Made by a program: the position numbers and the translations under genes. The notes under the pieces were generated by a model. The model worked only from the letters and a program-made list of their open reading frames with translations, searched no databases and had not been told where the DNA came from. From Octopus vulgaris (lineage: Eukaryota), in contig OX597833.1 in assembly GCA_951406725.2 (NCBI GenBank), positions 15,376,001 to 15,440,000 on the forward strand: a stretch of DNA of 64,000 bases, read 5' to 3'. Below, piece by piece: positions 54,210 to 64,000 of the stretch (within the stretch, counting starts at the first letter, position 1; each line of letters begins with the position of its first letter).

Positions 54210-54563
54210 TATGGCAGACGTCCAGCTATACACGTGTGTGGAAATCCCGACATTTGTATCTATTTAAGCACTTGTGTTACAAATACCTCTGGGATTATTA
54301 AAATTAATTGCGGTACGAAAAGATTACATTTATCTCCCACTAAAAGTGAAAGTTTTCTTAGAACACACAATACTGCGTTATTTGCCATAAGACGCACTCA
54401 CGGAAGAAATTATGGGTCATATTAGCACTCGTATTTAGATCGCCGAAGAGGGTTGCGACCGCAGAAACCGCCATGTATCTGCATATTCTGTCAAACCGCC
54501 TGGGCTGCGACTGCAGGAACCTCCAGGTATCTGCGTACTCAGTCGAAACGGACGTCTGCCATA
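54210..54563. mobile_element. MITE candidate with an internal 52-bp tandem duplication
   Basis: 14-bp inverted ends TATGGCAGACGTCC / GGACGTCTGCCATA. Confidence 0.55.
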
Positions 54564-54639
54564 GAGAAGCCAAATAAATGACGAAATCTCTTGATCTGGA
54601 TATGTGGATAAGATAATGAATAAAGTTCTTTCGGGAGTC

Positions 54640-54867
54640 ATATAGACTCATAGGGCCGGTTTTCCGTTTTCTCTGGCGTATATATATCTCCTCCACCTTG
54701 GACGGGACGCCGGTCCGTCAGAGGATTTTTTCGAGCTGAGTTGACAGGAGCAACATGAAATGAAGTGTTTTGCTCAAGAACACAATGCACCACCTGGCCA
54801 AAGAATCGAAACTACAATCCTGCGATCATGAGTCCAACATCTCTAACCACTAAGCCACGTGCCTCCG
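54640..54867 (-). mobile_element. SINE (CORE-like head plus alternative tail)
   Basis: Similarity to 45863-46109. Confidence 0.75.
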
Positions 54868-54911
54868 TATCTTGTGATCTGGCAATTATCGCCCATCAGC
54901 GATGTGAACAT

Positions 54912-55100
54912 ATATTTCTTTACTACCCACAAGGGGCTAAACACAGAGGGGACAAACAAGGACAGACAAAGGGATTACGTCGACTACATCGACCCCAGTG
55001 CGTAACTGGTACTTAATTTATCGACCCCGAAAGGATGAAAGGCAAAGTCGACCTCGGCGGAATTTGAACTCGGAACGTAACGACAGACGAATTTCGCCCG
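54912..55100 (-). mobile_element. SINE family A, 5'-truncated
   Basis: Consensus match. Confidence 0.85.
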
Positions 55101-55580
55101 GAACATAAGAGCACCACAAGTCAATAGTGAGGTCCTCCCATAGTAAATACTGCGGTGTTCTGTGTTCTAATCCAACATCCAATTTTAGTGCGAGATAAAC
55201 ATTAGTTTTTTGGTATTAATACAGCTTCTGTCATTATCGATCTCTGCTTAATAAGCTCACTGGCTATTTGCCATATCAGTGTCTCAATAGATAATGAGAT
55301 TCTATTTGTCGATGACAGTAGAATTAGACGGCTGTATATAACCGGATGTCTGTCATTGAACAGCCCAAGAAATGCGAAATCAAGTGATCTTGCTGTTCCG
55401 GCAGGTAAGACTCGCAACGATTGACCGTCAGCGATGTAAAGACGAGTGTCTGTATACACCACACCTTCATACAAGAACCTCTCATTATAAATGATGCAGT
55501 ATTGTGTGTTCTGACATCCATTTTCAGCGTGAGTATTAACTTTTTGTATTAATACTGTTTCTCTCACTATTAATTATGTA

Positions 55581-55641
<61 letters not shown>

Positions 55642-55657
55642 ACACACACACACACAT

Positions 55658-55912
55658 AAGTGCAGGAGTGGCTGTGTGGTAAGAAGCTTGCTTCCCAATC
55701 ACATGGTTACGGGTTTAGTCCCACTGAGTGAAACCTTTGGAAAATGACTTCTACTATAACCTCGGGCTGACCATCGGCAGCATGGAGACGTGTCATTGGT
55801 ATGCAGAGGCAACTGCTGGTCTTCTATAAACAAACTTGCCCGGAGTGTCTGCCTCGAAGGGGACCATTCTTGGTGCAAACACGAGGACATTCGTGACCGA
55901 AGAGGTATTTAC
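55658..55912 (+). mobile_element. Chimeric SINE: family-C head plus 40011-type tail
   Basis: GCAGGAGTGGCTGTGTGG head joined to CAACTGCTGGTCTTCTATAAACAAACTTGCCCGG tail. Confidence 0.7.
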
Positions 55913-55957
55913 GCTTTTTACTCCATATATATCATGGTATATTATTACCAGAACAAA

Positions 55958-56190
55958 GGCGGCGAGGTGGCAGAAACGTTAGCACGCCGGGCGAAATGCT
56001 TTGCGGTATTTCGTCTGCTACTACGTTCTGAGTTCAAATTCCGCCGAGGTTGACATTGCCTTTCATCTTTCCGGGGTCGATTAAATAAGTACCAGCTACG
56101 CACTGGGGTCGATATAATCGACTTCATCCATTTGTCTGTCCTTGTGTGTGTCCCCTCTGTATTTAGCTCCTTGTGGGTAGTAAAGAAATA
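55958..56190 (+). mobile_element. SINE family A
   Basis: Full length; imperfect TSD GGTATATTATWACCAGA. Confidence 0.9.
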
Positions 56191-56849
56191 GGTATATTAT
56201 AACCAGAGTGCATATGTATATTTTTGTGACTTTGTATGTCTGTCTCGCGTATACAGCCGCTATTTAGTATATTCAACTCAAACACAGATACTATATGCAA
56301 CGGCTAATCGCCACTTAATTTCTACAAGGCAGAAAACAATCGATTACTAAGTTACATTCGTCATCACAAAACAAATTATATTTTTGAAAATAACGATATT
56401 TCTTTCTTTTACACAACTTGTGAATTTCAGAAAGAATTATCTCATCTCAGTCATGTTGTGCGGATGACAATTTTGTCCCAATGTTTGTATATATTTCAAA
56501 AGATTGGTGTTTTAGTGTGTGATTTAAAATGTCAGACATTTTTAACAATTGAAGAAATACTTCATGTGTGTTCCGTTATCTATTATATGTTTGCTATTCA
56601 AACGGAAAAATTCCGGCGTTTTTTCTAAGCAGGTTGGTTGGCATATAATATAATGCCTTTGTATCATGTGTAGATATTTCTTACGCAGCTATTTGTTAGG
56701 TCTCTAGTTTATCTAACATTTAAACAGTATTCTATAAACATGTGAAACTTAATACCTGACTTTACCTGTCTGTCTCTCTGTATGTGATTCTATCTATTTA
56801 ATCTATAGGTCGAACTATGTGTATATCATTCCATCTAACCTATCTAATT

Positions 56850-56863
56850 CATCTATCTATCCC

Positions 56864-56920
<57 letters not shown>

Positions 56921-57148
56921 ATGTCTATCTATCTATATGTCTATCTATATGTCTGTCTATATGTCTATCTATCTATATGTCTGTCTATATGTCTATCTAT
57001 CTATATGTCTGTCTATATGTCTATCTATCTGTCTGTCTATCTGTCTGTCTATGTTTCTGTCGATGTTTTCTATTTATCTATCTCACTATGCATCTATCTA
57101 TCTCTCTATCCATCTATTTATCTGTCTATCTATCCATCTATCTATATC
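56850..57148. repeat. (TCTA)n/(TGTC)n microsatellite
   Basis: Direct reading. Confidence 0.95.
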
Positions 57149-57154
57149 GACTGA

Positions 57155-58170
57155 CGTGATGTGGCATCAGCTCCGCAGATAACCCCATTTTTCGGCCTTT
57201 TATTGCATACATTTTGTTTCAATTTTTGCACACAAGGTGTGTAAAGGACCCAGCTTTCGTGGAGTGTGTTTTCAAGGAGCAGTTTCTAGGAGCAGTTTCA
57301 AACCTATTTACATTTCTATTGTCTTCGATTTCCTTGCCATAGATCTAAACAAATATGGCTAAGCGAAACCATGAAGCCGACTTCCCGCATATATCAATGC
57401 CAGAGGCGAAAGAAGCTGAAAGCAAAGCCGTTCCGCGTGAATACACACAGGCCTTACAAGGCAAGAATGCTACTATAACCGCTAGCTCCACCACTGCTAC
57501 CACCACTACCGCCATCACCACCACAGCCAACACGTATACTGAAAACAATTTTGCCGCAGTTTTAAAGTTAATCATGTGATTTTCCAAAGAAGACCTGCTC
57601 GCCTGCAAAGCAATGTTAAAAAAAAGACGACCTTGGCATACAACTACAGATACCACAAAACATCACGGAAAAAATTCGAAAAAGAAACCAATGATTTACA
57701 GTACACTCAACCTGAAAGCAAGGCTATACGAAAAGGCCACTCAAGAAAATGTTGAAAATGTTTAAGGCCTATATGGGCCTTTAAAGACTACATCACGAGG
57801 GGAAACAGATTTGTCACGATCGAAGTTCGATTCGACAGTGACGACAGCGCCAAGGACTTCTCCACAATTTGAAATTTTACTGATGATCCCTCCATACCTT
57901 GTTCGTAGGGTCACAAAAATTAAAATAAAGAATGCGCCTCCTGAAATAGATATGAAATGGCTGGTGTCTGCCATTTGCTATGACATCGAGGACGAAATCC
58001 ATATCTTGGAAATTACTGTCGTGGTCCAGCAAAACTGGATTGGCCCAGAAATCGAAATTCTTGTTCTAATTAATCCGATGATTTTCGAAAAAATTCCACA
58101 TCGAATTCAATTTGGGATTAGAGTTTACATGTGGCCGTCGAAAAAAAGCCAATGTTGACTTCGAAACATA
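57155..58170 (+). pseudogene. Possible decayed L1/Tx1-type ORF1 (gag-like) fragment
   Basis: Frameshifted protein-like stretches: VTKIKIKNAPPEIDMKWLVSAI...IPHRIQFG; family assignment from motif recall only. Confidence 0.35.
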
Positions 58171-58368
58171 TGTCGAAAGTAAAAGAATTTGATTAACATC
58201 TGCGTTCAACTTCATCTTTTTATTTATACTATACAAATTACTGCATGTTAACCCGGAGTTTCTACCTTTGAATAGGTCGCTACATCTTTGTTATTTGCGT
58301 GAATTTTGCTATTTTGCTACCCCGGTAACTGTTTACTGAATTTTCCGTGTAAACTGTAATTCCTTCAT

Positions 58369-58415
<47 letters not shown>

Positions 58416-58418
<3 letters not shown>

Positions 58419-59184
58419 TAAGTAATTAAGGGTTTAGCAACGATTTGCCTCACCACGCACCGAATTTAGAAATAGCAGTCAAAGAGTTATAGCTATTCTT
58501 TCTACTAAAAGGGAGATCTCAGTAAAACCACAGCACTTGAAAGGCAAACACAGACAGGCAAGAGAGAAAGAAATGACCACAATCGATCATACAATATTAA
58601 GTCACCTACGGACGTACGTTTCGAAATTAAGTTTTAGGAAAGCATAAGAATTAGATAATTATGTCTTACCCAACTTTTTTCTCATCAGCGTAGGACACTA
58701 CAATTATGAATAATTGTATATTAAATTTCGAGGTACTAGAAGACATCATCTCAACTCAGTATCAGAGCGAGCTAAAGCCGTTACCAGTATCACCAAATTC
58801 AAAGTGTGAATGAAAGTTTGTGTCACCAACCCCCTCCCACCAGCGTGCAGCCAAGACAAGATGTTGTGGTCATTTACTGGGATGAAATATGGTTATCAGT
58901 AATAATATAGGGTGAAATTAATTAATTTGGAATAATCATTAATTTCACCAAGTAGATTTCGGCATGTAAAAGCCCCATTCGAGGAAAGTTTAAGTAATAC
59001 TAAGTAATTAAGGGTTTAGCAACGATTTGCCTCACCACACACCGAATTTAGAAATAGCAGTCAAAGAGTTATAGCTATTCTTTCTACTAAAAGGGAGATC
59101 TCAGTAAAACCACAGCACTTAAAAGGCAAACGCAGGCAAAAGAGAAAGAAATGACGACAATCGATCATACAATATTATTACTGA

Positions 59185-59190
<6 letters not shown>
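58416..59190 (-). mobile_element. Retrozyme/pLTR-like element: 1.3 tandem units of 582 nt with a canonical hammerhead, inside (TA)n
   Basis: ~180-bp direct repeats 58416-58599 / 58998-59177; short 5' inversion ATATTATTACTGATAAC matching 58892-58908. Confidence 0.88.
58605..58694 (-). ncRNA. Canonical type I hammerhead ribozyme with extended stem II
   Basis: cctacg-CTGATGA-gaaa[~50-nt imperfect hairpin]tttc-GAAA-cgtacg-TC-cgtagg; predicted cut between 58611 and 58610. Confidence 0.92.
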
Positions 59191-59265
<75 letters not shown>

Positions 59266-59814
59266 GGAAGGAGGAAGAGACAGACAAACATAGAGGGGGA
59301 GAGATTAACAGAATGAGATAAATACTCCAAAGTTGTGAATAGTTTTCAGAACATTTATAAAGAGATGTTACAGCTGTTTCCGGAATATTTTATATATCCC
59401 TTCATAAGTGACGGTGCGAGAAAATGTTTAAGTAATAGTTATAAAGATATGAAATACAGAGTGAAGTGGAAGTATGAAAATAGACGTGAGATATGTAAGG
59501 ATATTGTATTTGCAGAACCATTATTAAAGCAGAATAGTGTATATATAAGTTTCCTGTACCTTGTGTGTGAGTTCCAATGGTGTTTAAAATTGGTGATTCC
59601 AAGCAGAGATATGTATATATATATATCGCTAGCATTACGTACGGGAGGGTAGTTAATCGATTATTACAACTTAATGTATTTATAAATCCTCTTGGTTACA
59701 ATCCCCTTCTGGTAGTAGAAAATGTGAATTTATAGCACTCACATATGATAACCCTATTTGAAGCACAAGAGACATTCACGAATATTACTTTATGTGATAA
59801 TTTTCACGTGGAAT

Positions 59815-60205
59815 ATGACCCCCTTCAGTCATAACCATGGGATTGCACCTAGAGAGTTACCTTCCGAGGCACAAGTCTGAGCAAGATTGCTTATGGAAGA
59901 CCAGCAGTCGCCCATGCATACCAGCCTCCCCTCTCTATGCCACCGATGCTGTCCAAGGGAAAGATAAAGGCTTGGCACCTGTGACGTCGCAGTTCATTTA
60001 TTAACGTGCAAGTGGCTGAGCACTCCACAGACACGTGTACCCTTCACGTAGTTCTCTGGGATATTCAGCGTGATATACAGAGTGTGACAAGACTGGTCCT
60101 TTGAAATACAGGTACAACAGAAACAGGAAGAAAGAGTGAGAGAAAGTTGTGGTAAAAGAGTACAGCAGGGTTCACCACCATCCCCTGCCGGAGCGTCGTG
60201 GAACT
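59815..60205 (-). mobile_element. SINE composite: 40011-type tail fused to a partial family-B body
   Basis: 59815-59998 matches the 40011 tail; 60001-60205 duplicates 60323-60527. Confidence 0.75.
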
Positions 60206-60249
60206 TATAATATAACTGACATTTTAAACATTTTCTATTAGTTAGTGGA

Positions 60250-60546
60250 TGGAAGCACTCCGTCGGTTACGACGATGAGGGTTCCGGTTGATCCGAATCA
60301 ACGGAACAGCCTGCTCGTGAAATTAACGTGTAAGTGGCTTAGCACTCCACGGACACGTGTACCCTTCACGTAGTTCTCTGGGATATTCAGCGTGATATAC
60401 AGAGTGTGACAAGACTGGCCCTTTGAAATACAGGTACAACAGAAACAGGAAGAAAGAGTGAGAGAAAGTTGTGGTGAAAGAGTACAGCAGGGTTCACCAC
60501 CACCCCCTACCGGAACCTCGTGGAACTTTAGGTGTTTTCGCTCAAT
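60250..60546 (-). mobile_element. SINE family B, 5'-truncated
   Basis: Consensus match. Confidence 0.88.
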
Positions 60547-60693
60547 ATCACATGGAATATAGATACACATTTGTCAATTAAACGCTACAGATGTGGGGTT
60601 TAAGATTAATTACACAGATTAATTACAACAATATCAAAGGTGTGGAATGTATGCCACAGGTCCAGCAGATCTTTGGGGGGTAGGGGGAAAGTC

Positions 60694-60881
60694 GATTTCC
60701 TGAGAATCAGTGCTAGTGATATCAATCACAATACAAAGATAAGTGGGGACAGGCAGTCCTCTTCGAATATGCTCCTCCTAATTTCTACTGTCCCTAAGCT
60801 TCTTCCGTGTGCTGTCAAGTCCGTCCTCCAATTCACCATACATTTTCCAAGCAATCGCTCAACATTCGATGCAATACCATA
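60694..60881 (-). mobile_element. R4/Dong RT fragment, inverted relative of 61996-62180
   Basis: Minus strand YGIASNVERLLGK...EIRRSIFEEDCLSPLIFVL. Confidence 0.8.
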
Positions 60882-61255
60882 ATCCAAGACTGGTACTTAT
60901 GTTACCGACTTCGGTGAGGATGAAAGGCAAATTCGATCTCGGCGGAATTTTAACGCAGAACAAGAAGACGGAGAAAATAACCCTAAAAATTTTTGCCCGG
61001 CGTGCTAACGATTCCGTGGGCGACCCTGCTCAACAACATCAATAACCACAACAATAATATTAATAATCTTTTCTACTAAAGGCACAAGGCCAGGAATTTG
61101 GGGGGAGGGGGCTAATCGATTATATCGACCTCAGTGTTTGACTGGTACTTATTTCATCGACCACGAAAGAAGGAAAAGCAATAAAGACGGACGAAATGCC
61201 ACTAAGCATTTCGTCCGGTGTGCTAACGACTCTGCTGGCTCACCGTCTTAATACC

Positions 61256-61257
<2 letters not shown>

Positions 61258-61289
<32 letters not shown>

Positions 61290-61446
61290 TAACAATAATA
61301 ACAATAATAATAATAATAATAACAATAATAACAATAATAACAATAATAATAATAATAATAATATTAATAATAACAATAATAATAATAATAATAACCATAA
61401 TAACAATAATAACAATAATAATAATAATAATAATAATAACAATAAC

Positions 61447-61481
<35 letters not shown>

Positions 61482-61494
61482 TAATAATAATAAT
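61258..61494. repeat. (TAA/CAA)n microsatellite
   Basis: Direct reading; explains the poly-I and poly-L ORFs. Confidence 0.97.
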
Positions 61495-61866
61495 TGATGT
61501 ATGAATACCGGCAGATGACAACGTGTCTCTAAAAGAAATGGTGAAACACTCAAAATACAAAGACCTGGAAATAGAGGTAACTAGAATGTGGAATCTGAAA
61601 ACAGAAACAATTCCTATCATAGTAGGTGCATTAGGCATGATAAAAAAATATTCAGACAAATACATAACAAAAACACCAGGACTTACAAACATATATCATA
61701 CAGAAAATTGCACTACTAGGCACTGCACACATCCTACGCAGAGCACTTTCCATACAATAACCATCAGAGCATCACAACAAATCACAGCACATACCCAGGA
61801 CACAGAGCTGCGCTCGGTAGTGAAGTGAAAGCACGCTATAAAAATAAAACTACTGAATAATAATAA
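61495..61866 (+). mobile_element. R4/Dong-like LINE 3' end (REL endonuclease C-terminus, 3' UTR, (TAA)n)
   Basis: IPADDNVSLKEMVKHSKYKDLEIEVTRMW..IPIIVGALG..QKIALLGTAHILRRAL. Confidence 0.9.
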
Positions 61867-62703
61867 CATCTAATAGACAAAAATCTACTTAGAGACTGCA
61901 AGACGAGAAAAAGTAACTTGGCCATGTCATGTATCGACCATCGTAAGGCGTACGATATGATCCCAAATTCTTGGATTACGGAATGTACGAACCTATATGG
62001 TATTGCATCGAATGTTGAGCGATTGCTTGGAAAAAGTATGGCGAATTGGAAACGGACTTGACAGCATACGGAAAACGTTTAGGGAAGTAGAAATTAGAAG
62101 GGGCATCTTCCAAGGGGACTGCCAATCCCGATTTATCTTTGTACTGTGATTGATATCACTAGCACTGATTCTCAGGAATGCAAAATCTGGGTATGTATTC
62201 AAAAGTAGCCAACAAAAGGTCAATCATTTGTTATTCATGGACGACTTCAAACTATATGGTAAAAATGAAGCCCAATCAGTTCCCTCGTTGATGTGGTGTA
62301 TACCTTCAGTGCTGATATCAGAATGGAATTTGAACTGAGAAAGTGTGGTGTGTTAGTCTTGAAGAGAGGCAAAATTAAATGTATGGACGGGATAACGATA
62401 CCGTTGGGGGAGGTTATGAAGCAGATAGAAGAGACGGGCTATGAGTACTTCTAAAGCTAGCAGTAATACCAATAATTGTCAGAGCCCTGGGAACAGTGAG
62501 CAACAATCTTGAGAAGTACGTGAAACAAATAGGGGCTGCAGTAAGGGTGGGGCACTTGCAGAAAACAGCAGTGCTTGGAAAGACTCGAATAATCCGAGTG
62601 GTACTCGAAAAATAAGGTGTGTTACCTTAGTTCACTCGTAGTGAAGAGCTGACACCGTAGAACGTCTCTAGCGTTAGAAGCTTTGCGAAGGCAATAATAA
62701 TAA
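61867..62703 (+). mobile_element. Second R4/Dong-like LINE, 5'-truncated and internally deleted
   Basis: IDHRKAYDMIPNSWI, RGIFQGD, NHLLFMDDFKLY, KCGVLVLKRGK; jumps at ~62450 to IPIIVRALGTV...LQKTAVLG; (TAA)n tail. Confidence 0.88.
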
Positions 62704-62734
62704 CGATGATGATATTTTCTACTAAAGGCACAAG

Positions 62735-63110
62735 CCGTTTCTCAGAGTACCACACAGACTTTCGTCAGCTTTGAACTGTTCAGATATATGACAGGGGAGG
62801 AGTGAGATCTGAGCTGTAGGTAGGATGTTCCAAAAACCAATTGGTAAATGGTTTCAACGGTCTAGGTGGCCATGATTGGGCGTGCATTTTCATGCAACAA
62901 GAAAATCGTTCTTCGAAAATAGGCTTCGGTGTTTTGTGCGAATTGCTGGCTTCAATTTTGTTGGCCAGCAAAGCATTGTCTTGCATTGTTGATCGTCCAC
63001 CCCTTTTCCAGAGAAATCGGATCACCATTCTTTGTTCTTCATTGGTGCACATTGCTAGTGAAGCAGCCATGCTTATACTGTAAAGCCTGAAATAATGGCG
63101 CGCTCAAGCT
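62735..63110 (-). mobile_element. Deleted mariner transposase fragment
   Basis: CTNEEQRMVIRFLW N-terminus, LLHENARP and LEHPTYSSDL (HPPYSPDL-like) motifs. Confidence 0.75.
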
Positions 63111-63120
63111 AAAATTTCAA

Positions 63121-63290
63121 TCATGTGACTACAATAGTACCAACTATAAATACGCATGCGCAGAAGACAATATAACAGTAATAAAGATGAGTTATGGTGA
63201 AAGAGCGGATAATGTTTGACATTGGACTTTCAAATACTCGGCATTCTTTACATAATAAGGTCGCATTACACGCATAGCAATTGTTGTTGT
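63121..63290 (-). CDS. Candidate terminal exon of a Cys-rich membrane/GPI-anchored host protein
   Basis: Branch point and acceptor TTCTAATTTTATTTTAACAG; phase-1 frame NNNCYACNATLLCKEC...hydrophobic C-terminus CYIVFCACVFIVGTIVVT*. Confidence 0.45.
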
Positions 63291-63960
63291 CTGTTAAAAT
63301 AAAATTAGAACGTCTTATACAACGGCAAATACAGTAAGAGTTGAAATTGCATTGCAAATAGAATAATATAATATAGCGATCAATATAGAATATTCCTGCA
63401 GGATGGAAGACGAAATTAATGTAAAATGCCAACAGTTACGAACGAATCTGAAGGAAATTTAAATAATATCTGAAACAGCTGTAATCTTACATAACGCCTC
63501 AACACAAAATTCATCACTATAATACTATGTTATTGTTCGCAAGTCATCCGTCAACGAAAGAATGGACTGCTAAGTTCTCATTTGTAATTTTCATTCTTTT
63601 TACGCAAATATAAAGGGGTGTTAGAAGGATCTTTACATGTGACATAAGTCTCTCAGTTAGCGAAAGTCCTTCACAAGCCAACTTTCCTAATGTAGTACAG
63701 CAATTATTTATGCATAACCTCGAGCGATTATGGTTATTTTACGTGGACATTCAAGGCATTTCTGTTTTATCCCGTAATCACTTGACAGCTTAGATATCAT
63801 AAAGAAAATATTAATATATTTTTGCTTCTTACATACAAGAGAATATTTAAGTCTAGTATTGATTGTGGCGTCTCATACTCATGTCATATCCAAAACGAAA
63901 TCGAATCAGGTTGGATAAAGCATATAGAGGTAGTTATAAAATGTACAAATACATAAATAT

Positions 63961-64000
63961 AGGTGCAGGAGTGGCTGTGTGGTAAGTAGCTTGCTAACCA
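63961..64000 (+). mobile_element. SINE family C head (runs off the window)
   Basis: GGTGCAGGAGTGGCTGTGTGGTAAGTAGCTTGC. Confidence 0.8.

Noticed and set aside
54444-54560. CCGAAGA...GAAACGGACGTC as a hammerhead
   Set aside because: No stem I or stem II pairing; the 3' part is explained as a MITE TIR

Overview
Eukaryotic, AT-rich, gene-poor DNA made almost entirely of transposons and microsatellites, with a 100-N scaffold gap at 48031-48130. The tRNA-derived SINE repertoire and microsatellite load suggest a cephalopod (Octopus-like) genome; this is inference, not verified. Nearly all ORFs in the track are microsatellite or SINE artefacts. Real coding remnants are transposon fragments: CR1-type RT, RTE, R4/Dong RT and REL endonuclease, Penelope-like GIY-YIG, Tc1/mariner and a possible Tx1/L1 ORF1. 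There are also non-autonomous Helitrons, a Helentron-type element, MITEs, >30 SINEs built from shuffled head/body/tail modules, and two candidate host exons. The main unannotated signal is a dense set of minimal type I hammerhead ribozymes (about 12 motifs, at least 6 unrelated sequence families) in short non-coding elements, mostly embedded in (TA)n tracts. These occur as tandem units (364 nt, 582 nt) or foldbacks, carry recurrent catalytic-core variants (U4C, C3U/G8A, A6U) and lie near decayed Penelope-like elements. They look like Penelope-mobilised retrozyme/pLTR families that could yield self-cleaving and possibly circular RNAs.
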